Shown piece by piece: positions 38,775-47,198 of a stretch of DNA of 54,441 nucleotides. The translations under genes were made by a program, and so were the position numbers. The notes under the pieces are model-generated. The model saw only the letters and a program-made list of their open reading frames with translations. It was not told where the DNA came from and searched no databases. Each line of letters begins with the position of its first letter. Positions within the stretch are counted from its first letter, which is position 1. Source of the stretch: Acidimicrobiales bacterium (GTDB lineage Bacteria > Actinomycetota > Acidimicrobiia > Acidimicrobiales > SZUA-35); the NCBI GenBank assembly GCA_041594435.1, contig JBFHME010000004.1, positions 1 to 54,441 of the forward strand. The letters are read 5' to 3'.

Positions 38775-39646
38775 TCGCCGGTCCGAACCGCCGCCTCGCG
38801 GGTTTCGCCGTGTCGGCCTTCGGCTCGCCGAATCCAGCGGCAGAACAGATACTCGTCACGGAGCCAGACCCGGTTGAGCGTCATGTCCGGTGGAGGCCCG
38901 CCGGGCAGCGGCCCGACGGCGGCTCGGGTGGAATCCCCGCCGACCAGGAGCGGGGCGATCGTGAGGTTCCACTCGTCGATCACGTCAAGGGCCACCAGTT
39001 GGCCGTTGAGGCTGGGACCACCCTCACACAGCACCCGGTCGAAGCCCCGTTGTCCGAGCTGGGCAAGCGCGTCGGCGAGGTCGACCTCGTCGTCGCCGGC
39101 CGCAATCGGTTCGGCCCGCTCGGCCACGTCGCCTCCCCGCTCCTTCCACGCCCGGTGTGAGCTGATCACGAACGGTCGGGTCTCCGGTTCGGAGTCGTCG
39201 AACAGCGCCATGCCCGGGTCGAGATCGAGGCTGCGCGTCACCAACGCCAGCCGAGGGCGAGGCTGTTGACCCCTGCTGCGCCGCAGCTCCTGTGCGGCGT
39301 CGTAGCGCTGTGGTGGGCGGTAACCCTCGGCCCGGGCCGTACCGGCCCCGACCAGGACGATGTCGGCCTGGGCTCGCAACGCCCGGAACATCATGCGGTC
39401 GCCGTCGCCGCCGAGCTGTCCGGACAGGCCGCCGACAGCGGTGGCGCCGTCGGCGGCGACGATCATGTTGGCGTAGATCCACGGTCGGTGGCCGGCGGGT
39501 TCGCGGGCCTCCCTGCCGACACGGAACATCACCAGCGACGCCTCGTCGTGCGATGCATCCGGGCTGTCGTTGCCGTCCGCCATGTTCGACACGGCGGGCG
39601 AAGATCCGCCTCGATTGTCGTCGGATGGGGGGAAAAGTTGAATCAT
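38771..39646 (-). CDS. RibD C-terminal domain / pyrimidine reductase family protein
   Basis: ANMIVAADG, D...FRALR..AD..LVGAGT.RAEGY, LCEGGPSL, IDE. Confidence 0.88.
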   Translation of the reverse strand: MIQLFPPSDDNRGGSSPAVSNMADGNDSPDASHDEASLVMFRVGREAREPAGHRPWIYANMIVAADGATAVGGLSGQLGGDGDRMMFRALRAQADIVLVGAGTARAEGYRPPQRYDAAQELRRSRGQQPRPRLALVTRSLDLDPGMALFDDSEPETRPFVISSHRAWKERGGDVAERAEPIAAGDDEVDLADALAQLGQRGFDRVLCEGGPSLNGQLVALDVIDEWNLTIAPLLVGGDSTRAAVGPLPGGPPPDMTLNRVWLRDEYLFCRWIRRAEGRHGETREAAVRTGD

Positions 39647-39823
39647 GTCTCCGCTCGGGGGGTCCGTCGACGGGCCGGGTCGGTCCCGGATCGAGTTTGG
39701 GTTGTTCGAGATACTAATCCCCACCTCGTCCACCGAATCCCCACAAAATCCACAGGTCGTCCTCTTTCGATCCACAGACGGCGGTCGATACTGTGGTCGG
39801 TGCGCCCGTCGTGGGGCAATGTT

Positions 39824-39973
39824 GTGACGGAGGTCGGAGAGGGCATCAGTATGGAAGGGTCACCGAACCGGGGCCCCTGGGTTTGCAACGCTATGTCCGG
39901 TCAGCGGCATTGTGCCGTTCCCGCACGGACTCGAACCTCGACCTGTTCGCCCTCAAAGACCGATCTCCGTCAC
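39824..39973. repeat. Long-range inverted repeat (14-bp arms plus inner 6-bp helix)
   Basis: GTGACGGAGGTCGG (39824-37) vs CCGATCTCCGTCAC (39960-73); GAGGGC (39839-44) vs GCCCTC (39949-54). Confidence 0.7.
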
Positions 39974-40074
39974 GCAGCGCCCCATCCACCCCGGGTGTAG
40001 AGACGATCTACCCAACGGAGGTGAAAAGGGCTGCGTTACTGGGCCAAGTCAGCGATATTCTTTTGCGGTCAGTG

Positions 40075-40104
40075 TTGACACGGTCGTAATTACAGTGGTG
40101 TAAT
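40075..40104 (+). promoter_or_regulatory. Sigma-70-type promoter of nrdJ
   Basis: TTGACA(40075-80)-18 bp-TGTAAT(40099-104) with TG extension. Confidence 0.75.
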
Positions 40105-40105
40105 G

Positions 40106-40163
40106 AGACTACATCTTGTGCGTCGCTCGGATTCGAGCTGGCGGTAGGCACAAGATCTAGTGG
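40106..40163. promoter_or_regulatory. Tandem NrdR boxes
   Basis: agaCTACATCTTGtgc (40106-21) and gcaCAAGATCTAGtgg (40148-63) fit acaCwAtATaTwGtgt; 42-bp spacing. Confidence 0.85.
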
Positions 40164-40474
40164 CTGGTTGTTTGCGGCCCGTCCGCCGAAACCAACTCAC
40201 AGCACGCTCCCGGCAAGACCGAAGGCCAAGGCTCTGACATGCAGACCGAGGCTGGAAGGCGAGGAACGGAGCGGGGTGGGAGGTTCCGGACAGGCCCAGA
40301 CGAAGGCACTGGATCCGACTGCCCCCTACAGGGTTGTCGCCACCGACTCGAGACCCCACGACGAAATCCGTTTGATTCACAGGTTGTGCCCAACAACGTG
40401 TTGTCGCAGGACGGGTCGATTGTGACCCGAACATCGTCAACGGACCGCTGGAAGCGACTTCCGGCAACAGTGTG

Positions 40475-40528
40475 TCACGAGACAGTTTCACGAGACAGTT
40501 TCACGAAACAACGTGTCACGATACAAAG
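40475..40528 (+). repeat. Four direct repeats TCACGA(G/A/T)ACA
   Basis: Units start at 40475, 40488, 40501 and 40516. Confidence 0.9.
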
Positions 40529-40777
40529 TATTCAGTTAGCGAAGAGGCGCAGGGAACGGACGTCCGTACCGGACCGAAGGCGGGTTCTGCTGTGCTGACC
40601 ACAGCGCCGGTGACGGTGGAACGGTCGAGGCGTGTGAATTCGGGTCGAGGGAGGCCACGGACGAACACGCCGGACCGAGGTAACTGTCACAGGCACCAAC
40701 TACACAATAACCACCGGCCCGGAGACCCCTTCCGGGCGACTCAGTCAGAACACAGTCAGAAAGAGAAGACTAGGAAC

Positions 40778-43573
40778 ATGGCCCTCGCATCCGAGCAAAC
40801 ACGAATCGGCCTTCGTCGCTACTTCACCACCGCCGGTGTCGACCCGTACGACACGGTCACCTGGGAGAAGCGGGACGCCCGAATAGCGAATTGGAAGACC
40901 GGTGAGGTGGCCTTCGAGCAGCTCGGAGTCGAGGTCCCCGATTTCTGGTCGGTCAACGCCACGAACATCCTGGCCCAGAAGTACTTCCGGGGAACGCTGG
41001 GTACGCCCGAGCGGGAGACGTCGCTCCGCCAGGTCGTCGACCGGGTGGTCAACACGATCACCAAGTGGGGCATCGAGGACGGCTACTTCGACGCCGCCGA
41101 GGCCCAGATCCTCAACGACGAACTCAAGCATCTGATCATCCACCAGATGGGTGCCTTCAACTCACCGGTGTGGTTCAACATCGGTGTGCGGGGTGTGCCG
41201 CAGCAGGCGTCGGCCTGCTTCATCCTCGCGGTCGACGACACGATGGACGACATCCTCAACTGGTACGTCGAGGAGGGCATCATCTTCAAGGGCGGATCGG
41301 GGGCCGGCATCAACCTGTCCCGTATCCGCTCGAGCGCCGAGCTGTTGCGGGGCGGTGGTACCGCTTCGGGCCCCGTGTCGTTCATGCGCGGCGCCGACGC
41401 CTCCGCCGGCACCATCAAGTCCGGAGGCAAGACCCGCCGGGCGGCCAAGATGGTGATGCTCGACATCGACCATCCCGACATCGAGGAATTCATCTGGTGC
41501 AAGGCCACCGAGGAGCGCAAAGCCCGCGTCCTGCGTGAAGCCGGCTTCGACATGGACCTCGACGGCGCCGACAGCCACTCGATCCAGTATCAGAACGCCA
41601 ACAACTCGGTTCGGGTGACCGACGAGTTCATGCAGGCCGTCGTCGACGACGCCGATTGGAATCTCGTGGCCCGCACCACCGGTGAGATCGTCCGCACGGT
41701 CAAGGCCCGGAACCTGATGCGCCAGTTCGCCCAGGCCACCTGGGAGTGTGCCGATCCCGGCATGCAGTACGACTCGACCATCAATCGCTGGCACACCTCG
41801 GCCGCCACCGGCAAGATCAACGGCTCCAATCCCTGCTCGGAGTACATGCACCTCGACAACTCGGCGTGCAACCTGGCCAGCCTCAACCTGCTGACGTTCC
41901 TGGGCGACGACGACACCTTCGATGTCGAGGGATTCAAGGTGGCCGTCGAGCACTTCTTCACCGCTCAGGAGATCCTGGTCGGGCGGGCCGACTACCCGAC
42001 CCCGGGCATCGGTGAGACGTCCCGCCGGTTCCGTCAGCTCGGACTCGGCTACGCCAACATCGGCGCACTGCTGATGAACCTCGGCTTGCCCTATGACTCG
42101 GACGAGGGTCGGGCCATGGCCGCGTCGATCACGTCGCTCATGACCGGTCACGCCTACTACACCTCTGCCCGCACGTCGGCCCGGATGGGTGCACACGAGG
42201 GCTACGAGGAGAACGAGGAGCACATGCTGCGGGTGCTGAACCAGCATCGGGCCGCTGCGGCCGAGATCGACGAGAGCCTTGCGCCCGCCGAGATCCTTGC
42301 CGCCGCCCGCGATGCGTGGGACGCCACGTGCGAGTTGAGCCCGTCGGTCGGTGTTCGCAACGCCCAAGCCACCGTGCTGGCTCCCACCGGAACCATCGGC
42401 TTGTTGATGGACTGCGATACCACCGGCATCGAGCCCGATCTCGGCCTGTGCAAGATGAAGAAACTGGTCGGCGGTGGCACGATGATGATCGTCAACCAGT
42501 CGGTTCCCCGGGCCTTGCGTCGTCTCGGTTACAACGCCGACGAGATTGCCGCCATCACCGCCTACATCGACGAGAACAAGACCATTCTCGGTGCTCCAGG
42601 ATTGTCCCAGGATCACGTCCAGGTCTTCGCCTGCTCGATGGGCGACAACCCGATCCACTATCTGGGTCACGTCAAGATGATGGCCGCGGTCCAGCCCTTC
42701 ATCTCGGGTGCCATCTCCAAGACGGTCAACATGCCGGAGGACGTGTCGGTCGAAGACGTCGAACAGCTTCACATCGACGCCTGGAAGATGGGGGTCAAGG
42801 CCATTGCCATCTACCGCGACAACTGCAAGGTGGCCCAGCCGCTGTCGATGGCCAAGAAGGAATCCAACTCGAGCCACAACGTCGACGCCAAGATCGCCGA
42901 CGATCCGGCGCAGGCGTTTGCGAACGTCGTGGAAACCAAGATCGTCTACAAGCCGGTTCGCGAGAAGCTGCCCCGCGATCGTCGGTCCCGTACCTTCGAG
43001 TTCCGGGTGGCCGACTGCAAGGCGTTCGCCACCATTGGTGAGTACGACGACGGTCGGCCCGGTGAGGTCTTCCTCCGGGTGTCCAAGCAGGGTTCGACCA
43101 TGGCCGGCATCATGGATGCCCTGGCCCTATCGTTGAGCCACGGTCTGCAGTACGGCGTGCCCCTGCGCGCCTACGTCGAGACCTACACCGGGATGCGGTT
43201 CGAACCGGCCGGTCTGACCGACGACCCCGACATCCGCCTGGCCACGTCGATCATGGACTACCTGTTCCGCAAGCTGGCGGTGCTCTATCTCAGTTATGAG
43301 GAACGGGCGTCGCTCGGTATCTTCACGACCGGCGAGCGCACCCAGCAGACGCTTCCGGGGGTTGATGAGGCCGTCAACTCATCCACCGGCGATCTGCCCG
43401 CCGACCCTCCGTCGGTCGAGTCGGCTGATGATCTGGTCGCTTCGATGGCCCGGCAGGCCGAGCCCCAGGCCGATCCGCACGCCCCGATCTGCATGCAGTG
43501 CGGTGTCACGATGCAGCGTGCCGGCAGCTGCCACGCCTGCCCCGGATGTGGCAATACCAGCGGTTGTAGTTGA
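40778..43573 (+). CDS. nrdJ: Vitamin B12-dependent (class II) ribonucleotide reductase
   Basis: FNSPVWFN, QASACFI, GGKTRRAAKM, SNPCSEY, CNLASLN, APTGTI, ISKTVN, TSCPD domain, terminal CxxC..CxxC..SGCS. No intein or ATP cone seen. Confidence 0.97.
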   Translation: MALASEQTRIGLRRYFTTAGVDPYDTVTWEKRDARIANWKTGEVAFEQLGVEVPDFWSVNATNILAQKYFRGTLGTPERETSLRQVVDRVVNTITKWGIEDGYFDAAEAQILNDELKHLIIHQMGAFNSPVWFNIGVRGVPQQASACFILAVDDTMDDILNWYVEEGIIFKGGSGAGINLSRIRSSAELLRGGGTASGPVSFMRGADASAGTIKSGGKTRRAAKMVMLDIDHPDIEEFIWCKATEERKARVLREAGFDMDLDGADSHSIQYQNANNSVRVTDEFMQAVVDDADWNLVARTTGEIVRTVKARNLMRQFAQATWECADPGMQYDSTINRWHTSAATGKINGSNPCSEYMHLDNSACNLASLNLLTFLGDDDTFDVEGFKVAVEHFFTAQEILVGRADYPTPGIGETSRRFRQLGLGYANIGALLMNLGLPYDSDEGRAMAASITSLMTGHAYYTSARTSARMGAHEGYEENEEHMLRVLNQHRAAAAEIDESLAPAEILAAARDAWDATCELSPSVGVRNAQATVLAPTGTIGLLMDCDTTGIEPDLGLCKMKKLVGGGTMMIVNQSVPRALRRLGYNADEIAAITAYIDENKTILGAPGLSQDHVQVFACSMGDNPIHYLGHVKMMAAVQPFISGAISKTVNMPEDVSVEDVEQLHIDAWKMGVKAIAIYRDNCKVAQPLSMAKKESNSSHNVDAKIADDPAQAFANVVETKIVYKPVREKLPRDRRSRTFEFRVADCKAFATIGEYDDGRPGEVFLRVSKQGSTMAGIMDALALSLSHGLQYGVPLRAYVETYTGMRFEPAGLTDDPDIRLATSIMDYLFRKLAVLYLSYEERASLGIFTTGERTQQTLPGVDEAVNSSTGDLPADPPSVESADDLVASMARQAEPQADPHAPICMQCGVTMQRAGSCHACPGCGNTSGCS

Positions 43574-43623
43574 TCACCATCGGTGAGTGAGGATGCGCCG
43601 GCGCCTTCGTGAGCGCAGGGCGT

Positions 43624-43662
43624 GAGCACGGGGTGGATCCGTTTGGGATCCGCCCCGTGCTT
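43624..43662 (+). terminator. Hairpin terminator after nrdJ
   Basis: 17-bp stem GAGCACGGGGTGGATCC/GGATCCGCCCCGTGCTT (two G-U pairs) with a 5-nt loop. Confidence 0.75.
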
Positions 43663-43699
43663 GTGTCATGATCAGCGTAAACATGTACGGTGCTTGCTT

Positions 43700-44698
43700 G
43701 TGGTTGATCCAGCGGTAGAAACGCGATTCGATGTCGTGGGCGTCGGTAACGCCATCGTCGACGTCATCGCCCGCTCGGACGAGGAGTTCATCGTCGAACA
43801 AGGCCTGACGAAGGGCTCGATGCTGTTGATCGACGAGGCCCGAGCCGCCGAGCTCTACGATCTGGTCGAGCCGGAGGTCGAAGCCTCGGGTGGGTCGGCC
43901 GCCAACACCGTGGCCGGCGTGGCATCGTTCGGTGGTCGGGCCGGCTACATCGGGAAGGTCAACGACGACCGTCTCGGCCACATCTTCGGGGCCGACATGC
44001 GGTCGTTGGGGGTCGACTTCTCGATTCCATCCGCTGCCGACGGCTCGTCGACCGCCCGCTGCATCATCTTGGTCACACCCGACGCCCAGCGTACCCTCAA
44101 CACCTACCTGGGGGTCTCGGTCATGCTGGAGCCGGCCGACGTCAATCCCGAGGTGGTGTCAGCCGGGCGAATCCTGTTCTGCGAGGGATACCTGTGGGAC
44201 GTCGAGTCGGCCAAGCAGGCGATCCGAAAGGCGATGGACATCGCCGCCGATGCCGGTCGGCTGGTGTCACTCACCCTGTCCGACCCCTTCTGCATCGGTC
44301 GTCACCACCAAGAGTTCCTGGAGCTGGTGTCGGGGCCGGTCGACGTCCTGTTTGCCAACAAGGCGGAGTTGAGCCGCCTCTACGAGTGCGACTTCGACGA
44401 CGCCGTCAAACGGGTCGCTGGTGAGGTGAACCTGGCCTTCGTGACCATGGGGGCCGCCGGATCCCTGATCCTGCACGACGGCGATGTCATCGAGATCGCG
44501 GCCGAGCGTCTTGGGCCGGTGGTCGACACGACTGGAGCCGGCGATCAATACGCGGCCGGAGCGCTCTACGGGCTGAGCCATGGGATCCCGCTGCCCCGGA
44601 CCGGCCGGCTGGCATCGTTGGCGGCGGCCGAGGTCATTTCCCACATGGGTCCCCGCCCGCGACGGCCGCTGTCGGACTTTCTCGACTGGCCGCTCTAG
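43700..44698 (+). CDS. PfkB-family kinase (adenosine kinase-like)
   Basis: GNAIVD, KGSM.LID, GGSAANT, EGYLWD, FAN..E, DTTGAGD. Confidence 0.92.
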   Translation: MVDPAVETRFDVVGVGNAIVDVIARSDEEFIVEQGLTKGSMLLIDEARAAELYDLVEPEVEASGGSAANTVAGVASFGGRAGYIGKVNDDRLGHIFGADMRSLGVDFSIPSAADGSSTARCIILVTPDAQRTLNTYLGVSVMLEPADVNPEVVSAGRILFCEGYLWDVESAKQAIRKAMDIAADAGRLVSLTLSDPFCIGRHHQEFLELVSGPVDVLFANKAELSRLYECDFDDAVKRVAGEVNLAFVTMGAAGSLILHDGDVIEIAAERLGPVVDTTGAGDQYAAGALYGLSHGIPLPRTGRLASLAAAEVISHMGPRPRRPLSDFLDWPL

Positions 44699-44735
44699 CG
44701 AACGGCGCCCGCCGTTGCGCCGGCGGGCCGGGCGT

Positions 44736-45950
44736 TCATTCGATGCTGGCGGCCACCAGCAACGTGCGGGTCTGGGCCCGAGCACTCCAGGTCATCAGTC
44801 GATACCCGATCAGACACAACATCACACCGGCCGCGCCGAGGGCAACCACCAGACCGGAGCCGGTATGGGGTAGTTCGTCCAGCCCCGCCGTGCCGGTCTG
44901 ATCCGAGTCTGCCGCCCCGGAGGTGTCGGTGTCCGTATCGGATTTCCCGGCCGCGCCGGCAGACGACGATCGTGAGTTCTCGCCTTCGCCGTTGTCGGCG
45001 GATGCGCTCACCGCCGTGACCGTGATCGTGTTGTTGTCGAGATCCGGGTCGTTGGTTCCGGCCACCACCGACATGGTGCCCGGGATCGGTGTGCCCGGGG
45101 CAACCCCGGTGGTGCTGGTGACGAGATCCAGCCGCCGCCGCTGGCCCGTGGCCAGGTCGCCGTCGAGCTCGCAGGTGATCGTTCCGGTGGCTCGAAGATG
45201 TTCGCACTCCCAGCTGTTTCCGGCAATCGAAACGAGCTCGAAGTCCGAGCCGATGGTCTGTACCACGGTGATCGGACCCTCGGCCGTACCGGGACCGGCG
45301 TTGCGGACCGTTGCCGTCCAGCGAACATCGGTCCCACTTCCCGATGCCGTCGCAACGACGGAGAGGTCGGCGTCGGTACCGGTGGAGGTCTGCCGCACGA
45401 GCGCTTCGAGCACATCACCGGTCTGGTTGTCGGCCGAGGCGCCGATGGCCTCGTCGGGCGACGCGGTCGAACCGCCGGCCGCTGGGCCGGCTTCATCGGA
45501 GCCGGGTTGGATCACGATGGCAGCGCCCCGAGATTCGACGGTGGTCGAACCGTCATCTTGCTGGGCGAATGTCACAACGGCAACGACGATCGCGATCACA
45601 ATGGCCGCGAGTCCAATCTGGAAGAGCGGCCGTCCGGCCGAGTCGGCCCAACCGCGACCCGATACCGGGGTCGAATCCGTGTTCAGCGGTTCGGGCAGGT
45701 CCTCGACGTCAGGGATTTCGGTTCCCTCCTCGGTCTCGACGACCGGAACCTTGTTTCGAGCGGCAGAGAGCGTGGCGGGGTCGACGAGCCGCGAGAGCCG
45801 CACGAAGGCCGGAATCGGCGGCACCCGGCGCTGGTGTACGAGTTGGGGCCCGACAGCGACACCCGCCCACCAGTCGATGGGGTGGAACTCGATGTCGCCC
45901 GGAGGACTGCCGGTCGAGATGGTGGGTGCGGTGGTTGCTTCGGTTGCCAT
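44736..45950 (-). CDS. Surface protein with DUF11-like Ig domain and LPxTG sorting signal
   Basis: ADLSV...TVRNAGP...DPDLDNN pattern; C-terminal LPHTG + hydrophobic helix + basic residues; internal TM. Confidence 0.78.
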   Translation of the reverse strand: MATEATTAPTISTGSPPGDIEFHPIDWWAGVAVGPQLVHQRRVPPIPAFVRLSRLVDPATLSAARNKVPVVETEEGTEIPDVEDLPEPLNTDSTPVSGRGWADSAGRPLFQIGLAAIVIAIVVAVVTFAQQDDGSTTVESRGAAIVIQPGSDEAGPAAGGSTASPDEAIGASADNQTGDVLEALVRQTSTGTDADLSVVATASGSGTDVRWTATVRNAGPGTAEGPITVVQTIGSDFELVSIAGNSWECEHLRATGTITCELDGDLATGQRRRLDLVTSTTGVAPGTPIPGTMSVVAGTNDPDLDNNTITVTAVSASADNGEGENSRSSSAGAAGKSDTDTDTSGAADSDQTGTAGLDELPHTGSGLVVALGAAGVMLCLIGYRLMTWSARAQTRTLLVAASIE

Positions 45951-46161
45951 GGTGCTGCCTTGCGGTGTGGGAGTCCGATCAAACCGCCGGTGAAGGGCGT
46001 CGCAGGATCGCTTGAACACAACCGATATCAGTGTCGAGCGGGTCGCTCCCAGAGGCCCCCGAACCCGCAGGCCGGGTGAAATTCCCCAAATGCTCGAGAG
46101 GTGGGAAGAACCGCCCAGCTCGATCGAGACGGCGAGGGGCCGGAGGGCCCACACGCGCCGA

Positions 46162-47190
46162 TCAGCCGGCGGGTAGCAGCTCCGGACGGCCGAAGAGGAT
46201 TCCTTGACCCCAGTCGACCTCGAGGCGCAGGAGCGACGCCGCCTGTGCCTCGGTCTCGACTCCCTCGGCGACCACCCAGGCGCCGGTTTCGTGGGCGAGA
46301 TCGACGACGGCCCGAATGATGGCGGTGGCCTCGTCGCCCGGCAGGGCGTCGACCAGGTCGCCGCTGATCTTCAACACATCGGGCTTGAAACTGGTGGCAA
46401 CCCGCAAGGTGGAGTAGCCGTCTCCCACATCGTCGATGGCGATTCGCACTCCCGCGTTCCGGAGCTTGGTCAGCTGAGCCGCGGCGAGGTCGATGTCGGT
46501 GTAGCGGTTGCGTTCCGTGGCCTCGAGGACCAGTTGATCGGGGTCGAGGCCGATGTCCTCGGCCTGACGGATCGTGCGTCGGGCCGCAGCCAGGTCGAAC
46601 GTGCCGCCGGGGGCCATGATGTTGAGGAACAGCAGCCCGGCTCCGAGCCACGGTCCAACACCCCGGATCGCATACTGCCGGCAGAGCTGATCGAATTCGG
46701 ACAACCACCCGCCTTTGGCCGCTCGAGCGATGAGGTCCTCAGCCGACAGTCGAGATCCGTTGAGATCGGCCCGGATGAGCGCTTCATAGCCGACGATGCC
46801 GCGATCGGCGAGACGGACCACGGGTTGATAGCGGACCTGATAGTCGATCTCCGAGTTGATCCGGTCCTCGGCGTCGAGGGCGCGGCCGACATCGGCCAGG
46901 GTCGGGGCGAGCAGCGATGCCCCGACGAGTTCGGCGGGAGAGGCGCCGAGGCCGACGATGGCGATCTTGACCTCCTCGGGGCGGGAGACTCGTTCCACCA
47001 GCAGGTGGAGGTATTTTCGGCACTCCGAAACCTCGATCCAGACGACACCGGAGCGGATGTCCACTGCGTCGGCTTGAGCGATGAGATGCTCGTCCAGGTG
47101 TCTGACGATGGTTGTATCGGCCGACGCCAGAAGGATCAGCTTTGGGACTGCGCCTGGGAGCTGGAGGATCCGCTCGGAAGGTTTCACCAC
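46162..47190 (-). CDS. EAL-domain c-di-GMP phosphodiesterase
   Basis: YQP, YEALIR, FLN, LEATE, IDDVGDGYS, LKI, AEGVET, GQG. Confidence 0.92.
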   Translation of the reverse strand: MVKPSERILQLPGAVPKLILLASADTTIVRHLDEHLIAQADAVDIRSGVVWIEVSECRKYLHLLVERVSRPEEVKIAIVGLGASPAELVGASLLAPTLADVGRALDAEDRINSEIDYQVRYQPVVRLADRGIVGYEALIRADLNGSRLSAEDLIARAAKGGWLSEFDQLCRQYAIRGVGPWLGAGLLFLNIMAPGGTFDLAAARRTIRQAEDIGLDPDQLVLEATERNRYTDIDLAAAQLTKLRNAGVRIAIDDVGDGYSTLRVATSFKPDVLKISGDLVDALPGDEATAIIRAVVDLAHETGAWVVAEGVETEAQAASLLRLEVDWGQGILFGRPELLPAG

Positions 47191-47198
47191 CGTCCAGG

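Noticed and set aside
39931-39949. SOS box upstream of nrdJ (CGAAC...GTTCG)
   Set aside because: The spacer is 8 bp rather than 4.
40200-40700. Cobalamin or lysine riboswitch in the nrdJ leader
   Set aside because: Fragments such as AGAGGCGC, CTGTCA, CACTGG and CTGGAAGG occur, but not in the order or spacing of either consensus. A covariance search is needed to exclude them fully.
40472-40777. 102-codon N-terminal extension of NrdJ in the ORF track
   Set aside because: Runs through the tandem repeat, has atypical codon usage and no RNR similarity; a good RBS precedes ATG 40778.
45951-46161. c-di-GMP riboswitch ahead of the LPxTG gene
   Set aside because: No GEMM-type GGCAAA/GAAA tetraloop-receptor pattern is recognisable.
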